NCBI GenBank assembly: GCA_000002435.2
Contig: CM018793.1
Length of the DNA stretch: 64,000 bases
Direction: 5' to 3' (one strand)
From: Giardia intestinalis
Lineage: Eukaryota
Position 1 is the stretch's first letter. Each line of letters starts with the position of its first letter. Shown one piece after another: positions 20,956-30,341 of this stretch. The notes beneath the pieces were generated by a model. The model saw nothing but the letters and a program-made list of their open reading frames with translations, did no database searches and had not been told where the DNA came from. Made by a program: the position numbers and the translations under genes.

Positions 20956-21573
20956 ATGAGTCATGCAATGGCAGATGTAATTGTTAGCCAGCAAATGGAG
21001 ATCGTGAATCCCATGTCGCCCAATGCGGCCAAATGCTCCTGCAACTGCCATCGTGCCCAAATCGTGTCACCGGACTCTCAGCAAATCAAAATGGTCTGTG
21101 AAAACTGCAGCATCCGCCACAACATCGACCGTAGCATAAACGACGTGAATGTGCGTGGACTCGAAGTCACCGACCTGGGTCAGCTCTGCCAGCTACTCAG
21201 CCAACTGTCCACAGTTGGAGACGTCTCTCACGAGTCCCTGATGGAATTCTATAAGTGTGTCAAAGCGAGTGACAGACACATTGTTGCTGTGATTGAAAAC
21301 ATGGACAATCAGATCATCGGCACCGCGACTCTTCTTGTCGAGCCCAAGCTCTTACACCAGGGAAGCTTTGTGGGCCATATCGAGGACGTGGTCATTGACA
21401 AAAAGTATCGCGGCCTCGGGCTGGGCAAGCTCCTAATCACCCATCTGGTCCTGAAGGCGCACCGTGCAAATTGCTATAAAGTGATTCTAGACTGCAGCGA
21501 CGAGAACGTCGGGTTCTATGAAAAGTGCGGCTTAGAGCATCACGGAAACTGCATGGCCATTTACTTCCATTAA
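20956..21573 (+). CDS. GNA1: Glucosamine-6-phosphate N-acetyltransferase (GNA1-like GNAT), 205 aa
   Basis: GHIEDVVIDKKYRGLGLGKLLI plus NCYKVILDCSDENVGFYEKCGL align closely with yeast/human GNA1 (GHIEDIAVNSKYQGQGLGKLLI, GCYKIILDCDEKNVKFYEKCGF). The first ATG is at 20956 with an aaaaaaatatcaATG initiator, and the track start at 20923 is TTG. This enzyme belongs to the UDP-GalNAc cyst-wall precursor pathway induced in encystation (established knowledge). Confidence 0.8.
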   Translation: MSHAMADVIVSQQMEIVNPMSPNAAKCSCNCHRAQIVSPDSQQIKMVCENCSIRHNIDRSINDVNVRGLEVTDLGQLCQLLSQLSTVGDVSHESLMEFYKCVKASDRHIVAVIENMDNQIIGTATLLVEPKLLHQGSFVGHIEDVVIDKKYRGLGLGKLLITHLVLKAHRANCYKVILDCSDENVGFYEKCGLEHHGNCMAIYFH

Positions 21574-21766
21574 TATTTTACACGTTCGATTTAAGCAGCA
21601 ATGGGAGTGAATACTAAACTATGATTCCACGAGCGCCCTGAGGTAGACCGCTGAATGCATTGTTGAATAGCAGGAAAGATATCAAAAAGACAAGGCAGTC
21701 GTTACAAATCTTCTGTTTCATTAATAAAAATTACTCTACTTTTATCCTGAATTCGGTACTACAACC

Positions 21767-24700
21767 ATGACCAAGGGCATCACGACCATCAAATTCCGAT
21801 CATCTGTCAATCGGATCAGGGGCCCATCTGGTCGTTCTATTATCAATGGATATCATATCCTCAGGGAGCTGGGATCTGGCACAGAGTCCTCTGTACGCTT
21901 AGGACAGTCTCTACAGTCTGGGACGCAAGTGTCTGTCTACTTTCAACCCTTAACAGACTCCAGGAAAGGCTTTACTGGTTATAATGGAAGGTTTAATTAC
22001 TTTCAATTACTTGATAAAATTAACGTGCACGCTATACCAGGCACTCGCAGAGTCCTAGAAATATGGTACAATAAAAACTCGTGTATCCAGTTACACAAAC
22101 TACTTGTATGTGCTGGTGTGACCTTCATCGACAGCCTCTATGATACCACAGCCCCTCTAGGAGACACTGACTCAACAATCGCGCGAACCTTATTTTTGGT
22201 TGTTGAATACTGCAGCAACAGCGGCATTCAGCCCATCGTCGGGCAGCTCCACTACTCTGACTACATAAGCTTTTCTCGCAGGCTTTCCTACACCATCTAT
22301 AGCTTGCACAAAATAGGAATTATTCATAAAGACATTAAGGTTGATAATATTCTGTTCAATGAGAAACATTTGCGTCACAACGAGTTATTTTATGCCGAGG
22401 AGCACCCCCTCAGTGTAGATCCTTATCTGATCGACTTTGGTATAAGCATCGATTTAAGCTTACTAAATACAAAGATAATAACATTCGACACGATGCTACA
22501 AGGGATTGGCAGATTGCTCACGAAGGATCTAGGTCAAGTTACCACCTTAGAATGGTTTGACATAGAGGGCCCTGTGTATGCAATTTTAACAAAAAACGAA
22601 CGCGTTGAAAGGCTTATTGAGATTGTCATGTATTACATTAAGCATTTTTTCACAATAGAAAGCCTCAGAATTCTTGCAGACCCACTAATATCGAGCAATG
22701 AGAAGTTTATCACCAACAAGAATGGAACAATTGCATATTTACCACCTGAACTAAGTTGTGAAGACCTACACACTTCAATCTGTGATCGTCCAGGCTCTAC
22801 TATAAAGACACATGAGCAAGCTACATGTGCTCTTGCGGAGGTCTCTGTCCTCCCACGGTGTTCTACCCATCCACGCTGCAACAGCTTTAAGTTTAACAGA
22901 GACACTAGGTCTTGCAATCTATGTACTAGACACGAAACGTCAAGCCACGAAGAAGATGCTCTTGAGAGTGATCATATGGTTTCCCAGGCGACTCTCATCA
23001 AAAGTACTATTACTTTGTCGACGACTGCTAAGGAGTCGTCCAAGGAATTCTCTAGTACATTCAGAAAGATCTCTGCTTCTAACTCATTCTATGCTATCTT
23101 GCCCTCACCAGTTGATGTGTGGTGTTTTGGGGTGACCATCCTTTACATTATGATTGGCGCCGCACGCACAGAACCGTTGTATCGGCGAAGCAATGATGTG
23201 CTCGCCATTTCACAGCATCTTACCCCATTTACAACGGATCTACTCTGTGGATGCCTGGCACTGGACCCCGTTGAACGGTATACGGCAGAGGATATATCTA
23301 GACATCCCCTCTATGTGGGCTACCGTGTGAGCTATGAGGAAGACAATCTGACTACCTATGTCTCCAGCATAGCTGAGTACCGCAGACTGTTCGGTCTCCC
23401 ACCATGCTCTGAAGAAGGATTTGCAGATGAGGCGAAGGCCCCCATTGAAGATGACCTGGAACAGACAACAGGAAATGCTCTAGAAAACTACCATCAATAT
23501 ATTGTAAGGACACGTAGGAAAACAATCATATCGAATAACAAAAAACATATTCGCAGAGCATCTCTCTCCTCATTGGAGTCTGTCTTTCATGAGCACATCT
23601 TCAAAGATGTCTATACAGATGATACCATTCTGATGGCTCTTAAGCTACACAATTCAGATGTGCTTGCAGACCCTTGGATAAGCTCTGTACTTCTACAATT
23701 GGATTTAACCGCAATTTCTCTCCAAGTGCGCAACAGTATGGTACGATATCTCCACCCACAAGATTCCCCTAACAGCAGATCATATCTAGTTCCAAAGTTC
23801 TTTGATTTGGCACATACCCTTGGCAAGAGTCAATCAATCAGTCAAGGACTACTGTCCATGAGGCTGAAGTCTCTGACTTACCTTGCCACGCGCTTATTGG
23901 AGACGACGGTCTATCATAACAGCTATACTGACTTCAAGAAGCAAATTATGCCTGAGCATGTCCGTGGCTATACACATTGCGGGAGCCTTGTTCCCTGGGT
24001 GGCTGGGGCTTCTGCAGACGGTCAGGAGTGGGCTCGGTACCGCAGGTGCTGGGGCACAAGAGCCTCGGAGCAAGGGAGTATTTGTACCGAGTTGTTCTTG
24101 TTTTCGTCTGAGCGTTTATCCACCTTAACTTTGTCGTCCTCAGAATCTTCATCACCATCGATTGACAATATCAATCAGATAACCTTAGAGTTCAGCTCTC
24201 AAGGGGGTATGTCTTTTGCTGGAACACCTATTGAACCGTCATATTATCACTTAGCAAGAAACCAGTTACAATCACTACCAAAGGATGTTTCTATTTTCGG
24301 CGTACAGAGCACCTTACAGGCCGAACTTTCATATAGGGATGTCACAGAAGATGAGATCTCATCGTCTCAGTGTAAAATTACCGAGGAGAGTATCCTGACT
24401 GCACAACCAACAACTACATACACCGCGGACACAACCTTCGTATCTGAAACTCCTGGGACGTTTCATGAGTCTCATGACACGTCTCACGACTTATTTCCCC
24501 TGGGGCTTGCAACACCGTCCGAGCATCACATCATGGATCCGAAAATGTTTGCCACTCAAATCGTGCAGCCCCCATCCTGTGACCTGCTCAGTCACAATTT
24601 GCAGCTTCTTGATAAGACACTGGTCAGCCACAAGGTCGTAGCAGGACACCACCACACTAATAATTCATTACGGCGGTTTAAAGATACTCCTTTCAAAAGC

Positions 24701-27700
24701 TCTAACTTGATCAGTGTGGTAAAGCTTACGACGGCTAAGCCACCCAGTACTGGTAGTTATCAGTGTTCACAGTACCCTTTGTCAAAGGAACCGCCAGACA
24801 AGCATACCACAAATGAGTCAGCACACAAAAGATACAAAAGGAGCAATCTTCTCTTGGCCTCAACCGCGCGAACACTGAGAATGCATAAAAGTTATACTGC
24901 GAATTATCCTACCTACGATAATTGTCAGATCACTACAGATACAAGTACACTTTGCAGAGAACAGCCCGGAGGTTTTCAGATACAGAGAGAGCAGCCACAA
25001 CACACAGATGCCCTTGAATCAAAGTCCACACAAAGTACTTCTGTCTCTTTAAACATTCATATAGGGGGCAACGAGTTAGTATCTTTCCAGAGTCCATGCG
25101 TTCATCAGATTGGCAATATATCAATGCACAGTTCGTTTGAAAGCACAGATGTAGACGATGCCGTGCCGTACAAATTACGTAGCAACATCTTCAATTCGAA
25201 TACTAAGTTACCTGATATTAAAGTTGCTACCGAAGCAAATACACGGATGCGCTCATCGCTAGAGGATCCTAATTCTTTGATCAAGACTCGATTATGGGAT
25301 AAGAAGAAAATGGAAGAAAACTCCAATGCAACTGCCTTCGCACTGCATCACAACGCTAAGCACCCATCGCTGAGTGCACTGAGCACAACTAGAACCCTTC
25401 GCTATCAATTGCGAAATGCAATTGGGACAAAGGCAGACCACACTCTAGAGGTCTGTGGAAAAGTAGCGAATGCTGTTGTGCCGATCACAGCCAAACGAGT
25501 ACAATTCCATTGCCAGAGGAGGTACGCGCTGTTCAAGAAATCGCTTCCAAAGAAACATAATCCGCCGTTGAAGGTCTCTGTTGTTCTGAAAGCATCTACA
25601 ATAGACGAACAGAGCCAGGACGGCCAACAACCTTTCTGTCATCAAAATCCAGCAAGCACGTCGTCCTCAATATTAATGGTTAGACCCATTACCAACACAG
25701 CCATATCTCTCCAAACCAGCGACTCAACCACAACAACAGCAAGTACTGATGTTAAGTCCGTACAACTGCAAACACAAAGCAAAGTCTCCTCTAGTCTCAG
25801 GAAATCTCTGCTCACAAGCTCTGTTAACTGCGAAACATTCGATGTGGATACATCTACTACGACGGATTTTGAAATAGCTGGTTATAATGCCGCTTCTGGT
25901 ATCGAAAGGGACAGTCTAGTCCCCATTTCATCAGACATAAACGCCTCTCCAGCTATCGTTTCATCAGGAGCTTATACATCCGTTCTTACTTATGATACTC
26001 CAGTTCACGAACTGAACGATAAAAGTACCCATACTAAAATGACATCAACACTGTCTCATGACAACAGTCTTGTGGAGACAACTGGCGACGAAGAGCCTGC
26101 GAATATAGATCCAAGTACCTTGTCACAGACAGAGCCACGTTCGCTCAACTATCCCAAGAGCAGTTCAAAGCCTGTTTTATTGAATTTTCCAAATGTTCAG
26201 CCAACAATAGCGGACTCGGTAGATGTTCATGAGGCAAACCCTGCATATTCTGTTGGTATTCCGCCGAAACATGTCCATCAATTACATCATTGCCAGCACG
26301 CCAGAAGCATGCTCCAACTAGAGGTTCAGAAAGATAAGCAATTACAAGATGGAACGGACCTAAATATTATGCCAAATTCAGATAGCAATCACCAGGGAAA
26401 TAGATCTACGGTATTAGTGCCAACGGAACTAGCAGACAGATCTATACGTTTCTCAATGCAATGCACACATAAGCATTTCGTTAATGTCCTTAAGCGACGG
26501 AGTCGTGGTTCTAATCTTGCCCAGTTTCTCTTCAAGGAATTGGAGGTGCAGTATCCAATGGAGTCGCAGCTGCTGGCACCGAAACACTTTGACCTTTCGA
26601 CAAAAATATTCCAAGATACCACCACATCTGAGGAGACGTTTAGTAGCTCCAACCAAGATGACAGCCCAATGCCACTACCCAACTTTCTCTTCCGCTCCAG
26701 GACCCTTAATGCACTCATAGACTTGTCTGACATAGAAAGTTTTGATGACCCACATCTCACCAAGTGTTTCTCTGCCCAGAAGACCAAAAGATTAAGCTCT
26801 GCTTTGCAGAGTAAGGATTCTGCTCTCAAGGACAGAAGAGCCTCCAATTTTAGTGGGAATATATTTGCATCTAAGTGGCTCCATAACAATGTAACCACTA
26901 TACCAACTCTTCCATTAGTATCTACCCGTAACTTGGGGATAATCGAAAAGACTTTCATAGCGGAGGGAGCAGGCTCTTTAGACGGTTCGAAGCTAATTAG
27001 AATTAATCGGTATGACGCCAACAATTCCAATTTAAAGGAGGCTGCGTCTTATTTGCGGAATGCATGCACGTCGAATATCACAGAGCAGGATACCAATAGG
27101 CTTCGTCCATTCACTTATGAAGTTAGTGACACGAATAATGACGAAGCTAGCAATGAGAAACCCGCTACATCCACAGAACTATGCACTTTGCCTTCTTGCC
27201 AGTCAACCGGGGCTAATGACAATGTTAAGTGCTTCGAAGATAATCCTCAATTGAATGCATCAAAAATGCTGGACGCTAACCAACGGCACAGTATAGATAT
27301 CTCAGTAGACATATTAGATAGCTGCGAAACGTCTGACAAGAAAACTATTGGGGTGGATGAGTTGATGATACAGGCGATAAGTCCTGGAAATTTAGTGGAA
27401 CCGATAGATTTCCACAGGAACGGGTCTTTGTTGCTGCCAGACAGTGTCTTATCAGCAGGGTATACCCCGCAAACTGGAGATGAAGCAATATCATTCATGA
27501 ATCAGCAGACACCACACGGCCTTGAAGCAAGCACAGTTAGTTACATAGCTAAGGACTCGATAAATAATGATGTTTGCTGTTTGACGGTAGCTGAAGATAA
27601 TGAGGAGTTTCTATCTAAGTCAGATGAGCCATATACACCGACAAAAGAAAAGCAGGAGAAAAAGCGTCTGCCGGTGGCTCTCTCCAACAAGCTAGGCCAG

Positions 27701-28366
27701 GGAGACGTGTGGAAAAAGTGTGCTCAAATATCAGCCATAAGCTGCATAGACTCGCAGTCAATATTAGAAACTAAATGGCGAATACCAGACACCAATCCAA
27801 AGAACATTGGAGACACAAGAATAGTTCTGCCTACCGTGACAAGCAGCCCCTTAGCAAAGTACGTACAAGGACTGCCACGCTTTCTCAATAGATTTTTTCC
27901 GTTTTCTTTCACTCAGTCCCTCTTCAGTTCCGCAGCTAACGCACCGTATAGGTTATCTGGGTTGTTTTTTGCACATTACTACACTTATATGCTTCCTCAC
28001 GTCATTGAGCCGCTAGATATGTTTGCCAAACATGACCTCATGGAGGTGTCGCGAGAATATGAGCTGAGCTTAAGCGTGGACAGCGCACAAGAGACAGTAT
28101 TCGTCCCTGGCATCAATAATCCAGCTCCGAAAGCTCTGGTGGGGTCTTGTCGTACGATGTCTAATAATAAGGTTCTCAGATCCGCGGAAGCAGCTGTGAA
28201 AAAGCCGCCAGCTAGAACCTTGAACAATCTGAAGCTGACTGATTTTAGTGAGCTGTTCAATGACGTCAATGCAGACGAAGAGACCCACATATTGGAACTA
28301 GAAGCTAAGGATTCGCAATACGAAGGAAGCGAGTTCTTAATGGAGGATTATGATTCTGGCGTGTGA
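21767..28366 (+). CDS. Protein kinase, 2199 aa: N-terminal Ser/Thr kinase domain followed by about 1800 aa of low-complexity Ser/Thr-rich sequence
   Basis: It has a Gly loop LGSGTESSV, a catalytic loop IIHKDIKVDNILF and a DFG-equivalent IDFGIS. It starts at an ATG. Confidence 0.75.
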   Translation: MTKGITTIKFRSSVNRIRGPSGRSIINGYHILRELGSGTESSVRLGQSLQSGTQVSVYFQPLTDSRKGFTGYNGRFNYFQLLDKINVHAIPGTRRVLEIWYNKNSCIQLHKLLVCAGVTFIDSLYDTTAPLGDTDSTIARTLFLVVEYCSNSGIQPIVGQLHYSDYISFSRRLSYTIYSLHKIGIIHKDIKVDNILFNEKHLRHNELFYAEEHPLSVDPYLIDFGISIDLSLLNTKIITFDTMLQGIGRLLTKDLGQVTTLEWFDIEGPVYAILTKNERVERLIEIVMYYIKHFFTIESLRILADPLISSNEKFITNKNGTIAYLPPELSCEDLHTSICDRPGSTIKTHEQATCALAEVSVLPRCSTHPRCNSFKFNRDTRSCNLCTRHETSSHEEDALESDHMVSQATLIKSTITLSTTAKESSKEFSSTFRKISASNSFYAILPSPVDVWCFGVTILYIMIGAARTEPLYRRSNDVLAISQHLTPFTTDLLCGCLALDPVERYTAEDISRHPLYVGYRVSYEEDNLTTYVSSIAEYRRLFGLPPCSEEGFADEAKAPIEDDLEQTTGNALENYHQYIVRTRRKTIISNNKKHIRRASLSSLESVFHEHIFKDVYTDDTILMALKLHNSDVLADPWISSVLLQLDLTAISLQVRNSMVRYLHPQDSPNSRSYLVPKFFDLAHTLGKSQSISQGLLSMRLKSLTYLATRLLETTVYHNSYTDFKKQIMPEHVRGYTHCGSLVPWVAGASADGQEWARYRRCWGTRASEQGSICTELFLFSSERLSTLTLSSSESSSPSIDNINQITLEFSSQGGMSFAGTPIEPSYYHLARNQLQSLPKDVSIFGVQSTLQAELSYRDVTEDEISSSQCKITEESILTAQPTTTYTADTTFVSETPGTFHESHDTSHDLFPLGLATPSEHHIMDPKMFATQIVQPPSCDLLSHNLQLLDKTLVSHKVVAGHHHTNNSLRRFKDTPFKSSNLISVVKLTTAKPPSTGSYQCSQYPLSKEPPDKHTTNESAHKRYKRSNLLLASTARTLRMHKSYTANYPTYDNCQITTDTSTLCREQPGGFQIQREQPQHTDALESKSTQSTSVSLNIHIGGNELVSFQSPCVHQIGNISMHSSFESTDVDDAVPYKLRSNIFNSNTKLPDIKVATEANTRMRSSLEDPNSLIKTRLWDKKKMEENSNATAFALHHNAKHPSLSALSTTRTLRYQLRNAIGTKADHTLEVCGKVANAVVPITAKRVQFHCQRRYALFKKSLPKKHNPPLKVSVVLKASTIDEQSQDGQQPFCHQNPASTSSSILMVRPITNTAISLQTSDSTTTTASTDVKSVQLQTQSKVSSSLRKSLLTSSVNCETFDVDTSTTTDFEIAGYNAASGIERDSLVPISSDINASPAIVSSGAYTSVLTYDTPVHELNDKSTHTKMTSTLSHDNSLVETTGDEEPANIDPSTLSQTEPRSLNYPKSSSKPVLLNFPNVQPTIADSVDVHEANPAYSVGIPPKHVHQLHHCQHARSMLQLEVQKDKQLQDGTDLNIMPNSDSNHQGNRSTVLVPTELADRSIRFSMQCTHKHFVNVLKRRSRGSNLAQFLFKELEVQYPMESQLLAPKHFDLSTKIFQDTTTSEETFSSSNQDDSPMPLPNFLFRSRTLNALIDLSDIESFDDPHLTKCFSAQKTKRLSSALQSKDSALKDRRASNFSGNIFASKWLHNNVTTIPTLPLVSTRNLGIIEKTFIAEGAGSLDGSKLIRINRYDANNSNLKEAASYLRNACTSNITEQDTNRLRPFTYEVSDTNNDEASNEKPATSTELCTLPSCQSTGANDNVKCFEDNPQLNASKMLDANQRHSIDISVDILDSCETSDKKTIGVDELMIQAISPGNLVEPIDFHRNGSLLLPDSVLSAGYTPQTGDEAISFMNQQTPHGLEASTVSYIAKDSINNDVCCLTVAEDNEEFLSKSDEPYTPTKEKQEKKRLPVALSNKLGQGDVWKKCAQISAISCIDSQSILETKWRIPDTNPKNIGDTRIVLPTVTSSPLAKYVQGLPRFLNRFFPFSFTQSLFSSAANAPYRLSGLFFAHYYTYMLPHVIEPLDMFAKHDLMEVSREYELSLSVDSAQETVFVPGINNPAPKALVGSCRTMSNNKVLRSAEAAVKKPPARTLNNLKLTDFSELFNDVNADEETHILELEAKDSQYEGSEFLMEDYDSGV

Positions 28367-28615
28367 CCTCAGGTATTTCAGGATCGGAGCTTGGAGGTCT
28401 TTAACTTACAATGGAAGTGGTACTTGGCTCAGACTTGTTCGTACTTATGGAACTTTAATTTTTTGCCCTGAGGATTGCGTACTCAGTACGAACTGTTTGC
28501 CTGCTCAGGCAATCACCCCGGATATAAATTTTAGTTAATCTGTGATTGATCAGCTGCTTGACCGAATGTCTTCTGCGGTCCAACTCTCATTACCGTCAGG
28601 GACGATAAAATCCAG

Positions 28616-29572
28616 ATGCTCCTGTGTGCCACGTGCATGGAGTCGCGCGGAGGACCACAGACTCTAGAGATGGAGAATGGCAAGCACTCATGCAGTGTAT
28701 GCACCAAGCTGTTTCAGCGATACCGGGTCTATCAGCCGGAGAGATGGAGCACCTCTCTGCCTACTGCCATGTGCCGCGACTGCGCAGCTGCAAGACAATG
28801 CTGTCAAGTATGTTATTGTGATCTATCAACATTGATGGTCAACAGAGTTTACAGCAACACAGTCCCGCCCGGTGGATCATTTCTGCAAGCAGATGTGAAT
28901 GCAGACACGCTCCAAAAGCGCTATGAAGGACCCTTTTTGCAACACATGCAAGGATTCATACCTGTCTTTGTGTGTAGGATGACTTTGGTGGATCTTCGAA
29001 GTGCCAATGAAGAGCTGGTAAAAGAGGTGTGCAGTAATCTTTGCATCATGAGGTCTTTGATTGATCAAAGAGCGTCTAGCAGCACAGCAGAGAATTGTGC
29101 GGACCACACGACCATGCACATGACGATTAGTTTGTCCTCTGAGCAGCGGAGTGCATTCTTTCTGGACATCCCTCCAACGTGTGCCAGAATACGAGCATAT
29201 ATAGATCAACTCAGCGGGATGTTCAAAGAGATGCAGCGCATAGTAGCAGCTCAGCGCCTTCGCTTGGCCAATGTCTTCGGAGCCTTCGCAGATTTTGCTT
29301 ACGAGCCATTAGAGTTAGAGGAGTCCACAGCTACAGGAAAGCAGTGCAAATCTGACCTTCAATATGAGCATACAGAAAATGCACGAGTGATGAAGATAGA
29401 AGTGATTGTTATTGAACACAACTCATTTTCTTTGGAGCTCGTAATAAAAAGTGCCTTTCTCGCGGAGCTCATGTGCCTTCTAAAGGTGTACACTGAAGTG
29501 GATGCTATACTAGAAATAAGTGTGGACAACATTAGCGAGAAAGCTACTCTAGATAGTCAAATTCTCCGGTAA
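28616..29572 (+). CDS. Hypothetical protein, 318 aa, Cys-rich N-terminus (possible zinc-binding CxxC..CxxC..CxxC)
   Basis: It starts at an ATG with an aaaatccagATG context. Its 3' end overlaps Mnd1 by 29 nt. Confidence 0.45.
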   Translation: MLLCATCMESRGGPQTLEMENGKHSCSVCTKLFQRYRVYQPERWSTSLPTAMCRDCAAARQCCQVCYCDLSTLMVNRVYSNTVPPGGSFLQADVNADTLQKRYEGPFLQHMQGFIPVFVCRMTLVDLRSANEELVKEVCSNLCIMRSLIDQRASSSTAENCADHTTMHMTISLSSEQRSAFFLDIPPTCARIRAYIDQLSGMFKEMQRIVAAQRLRLANVFGAFADFAYEPLELEESTATGKQCKSDLQYEHTENARVMKIEVIVIEHNSFSLELVIKSAFLAELMCLLKVYTEVDAILEISVDNISEKATLDSQILR

Positions 29573-30155
29573 TTCCAAGCGCGGTAGAGACAGTCTTCTT
29601 GTCCATTTGCAATTTAGTCAGCATATATTTTTGCAAGCAGAAAATGTTGTCAGTCCATAGATTTGCTTCCTGTTTCGCAATATCTGTATAATTTCGTAGC
29701 TTCTGTGCAACGTCTGGATCGTTCTTAAGCAGATCGCGGAAGGTGCCTCGCTGCTCCTCTAGCTTCACCTGTAGTGCCAGTTTTTCTTTGAGCAGCGAAG
29801 ATCGTTCTTCTGTCTCCTCGCGGCCAACCTTCAGCTCCTCAATTCTTGCCGTCGCTTTATCTATAAAATTGGTTTGCTCCTCTAGTGCCTTCTGTAGACG
29901 GGCAAGCTCTGTGCGTGCAGCCTGAGAGCGCTTGGAAGCAAAGCACCAATAATAGGTACTGGCCCCTATCTTGTCCGTGTCTACAAGGTCCTCATTCACG
30001 AGGGCCTGGAGGACATTCTTAATGACCATTGAGGAGATTCCTGTGGGCTTGGAAAGGGTTTCGATGGTCTTATTGGAATATATTTCGCCTCTCTTGAGCA
30101 TTTCTTCCAGCAGTCTCTCTTTTTTCTCATCCAAGGATGTGCCTTTGGGTGCCAT
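29544..30155 (-). CDS. MND1: Meiotic nuclear division protein 1 homolog (Mnd1), 203 aa
   Basis: It is collinear with human MND1: GISSMVIKNVLQALVNEDLVDTDKIGASTYYWCFASK versus [37 protein letters not shown]. Further matches are VGREETEERSSL versus IGRCETEERTRL, ANLWTDNIFCLQKY versus ANRWTDNIFAIKSW, and GITGEFDYLE versus GIPEDFDYID. Confidence 0.85.
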   Translation of the reverse strand: MAPKGTSLDEKKERLLEEMLKRGEIYSNKTIETLSKPTGISSMVIKNVLQALVNEDLVDTDKIGASTYYWCFASKRSQAARTELARLQKALEEQTNFIDKATARIEELKVGREETEERSSLLKEKLALQVKLEEQRGTFRDLLKNDPDVAQKLRNYTDIAKQEANLWTDNIFCLQKYMLTKLQMDKKTVSTALGITGEFDYLE

Positions 30156-30341
30156 TTATTTCTCCTTTCTACTGCTTCTAGTAGAGCAAAGGATCGAAGA
30201 AGGGCAAGAGGGGCTGACTGTACACAGGTAAATACCAATTTCTGGGCCGATATGCCCACTTTTGAGGTCAGCTGTTACTGGTCTAACATCCCCTCTGCCA
30301 GGGATCTTCTTTAATTATTTGGATGAAAAATAGCAAAACGA

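Noticed and set aside
26389-27030. The 213-aa minus-strand ORF inside the 2199-aa kinase gene was considered as a gene.
   Set aside because: It is an antisense shadow ORF wholly within a strongly supported coding region and has no initiator context.
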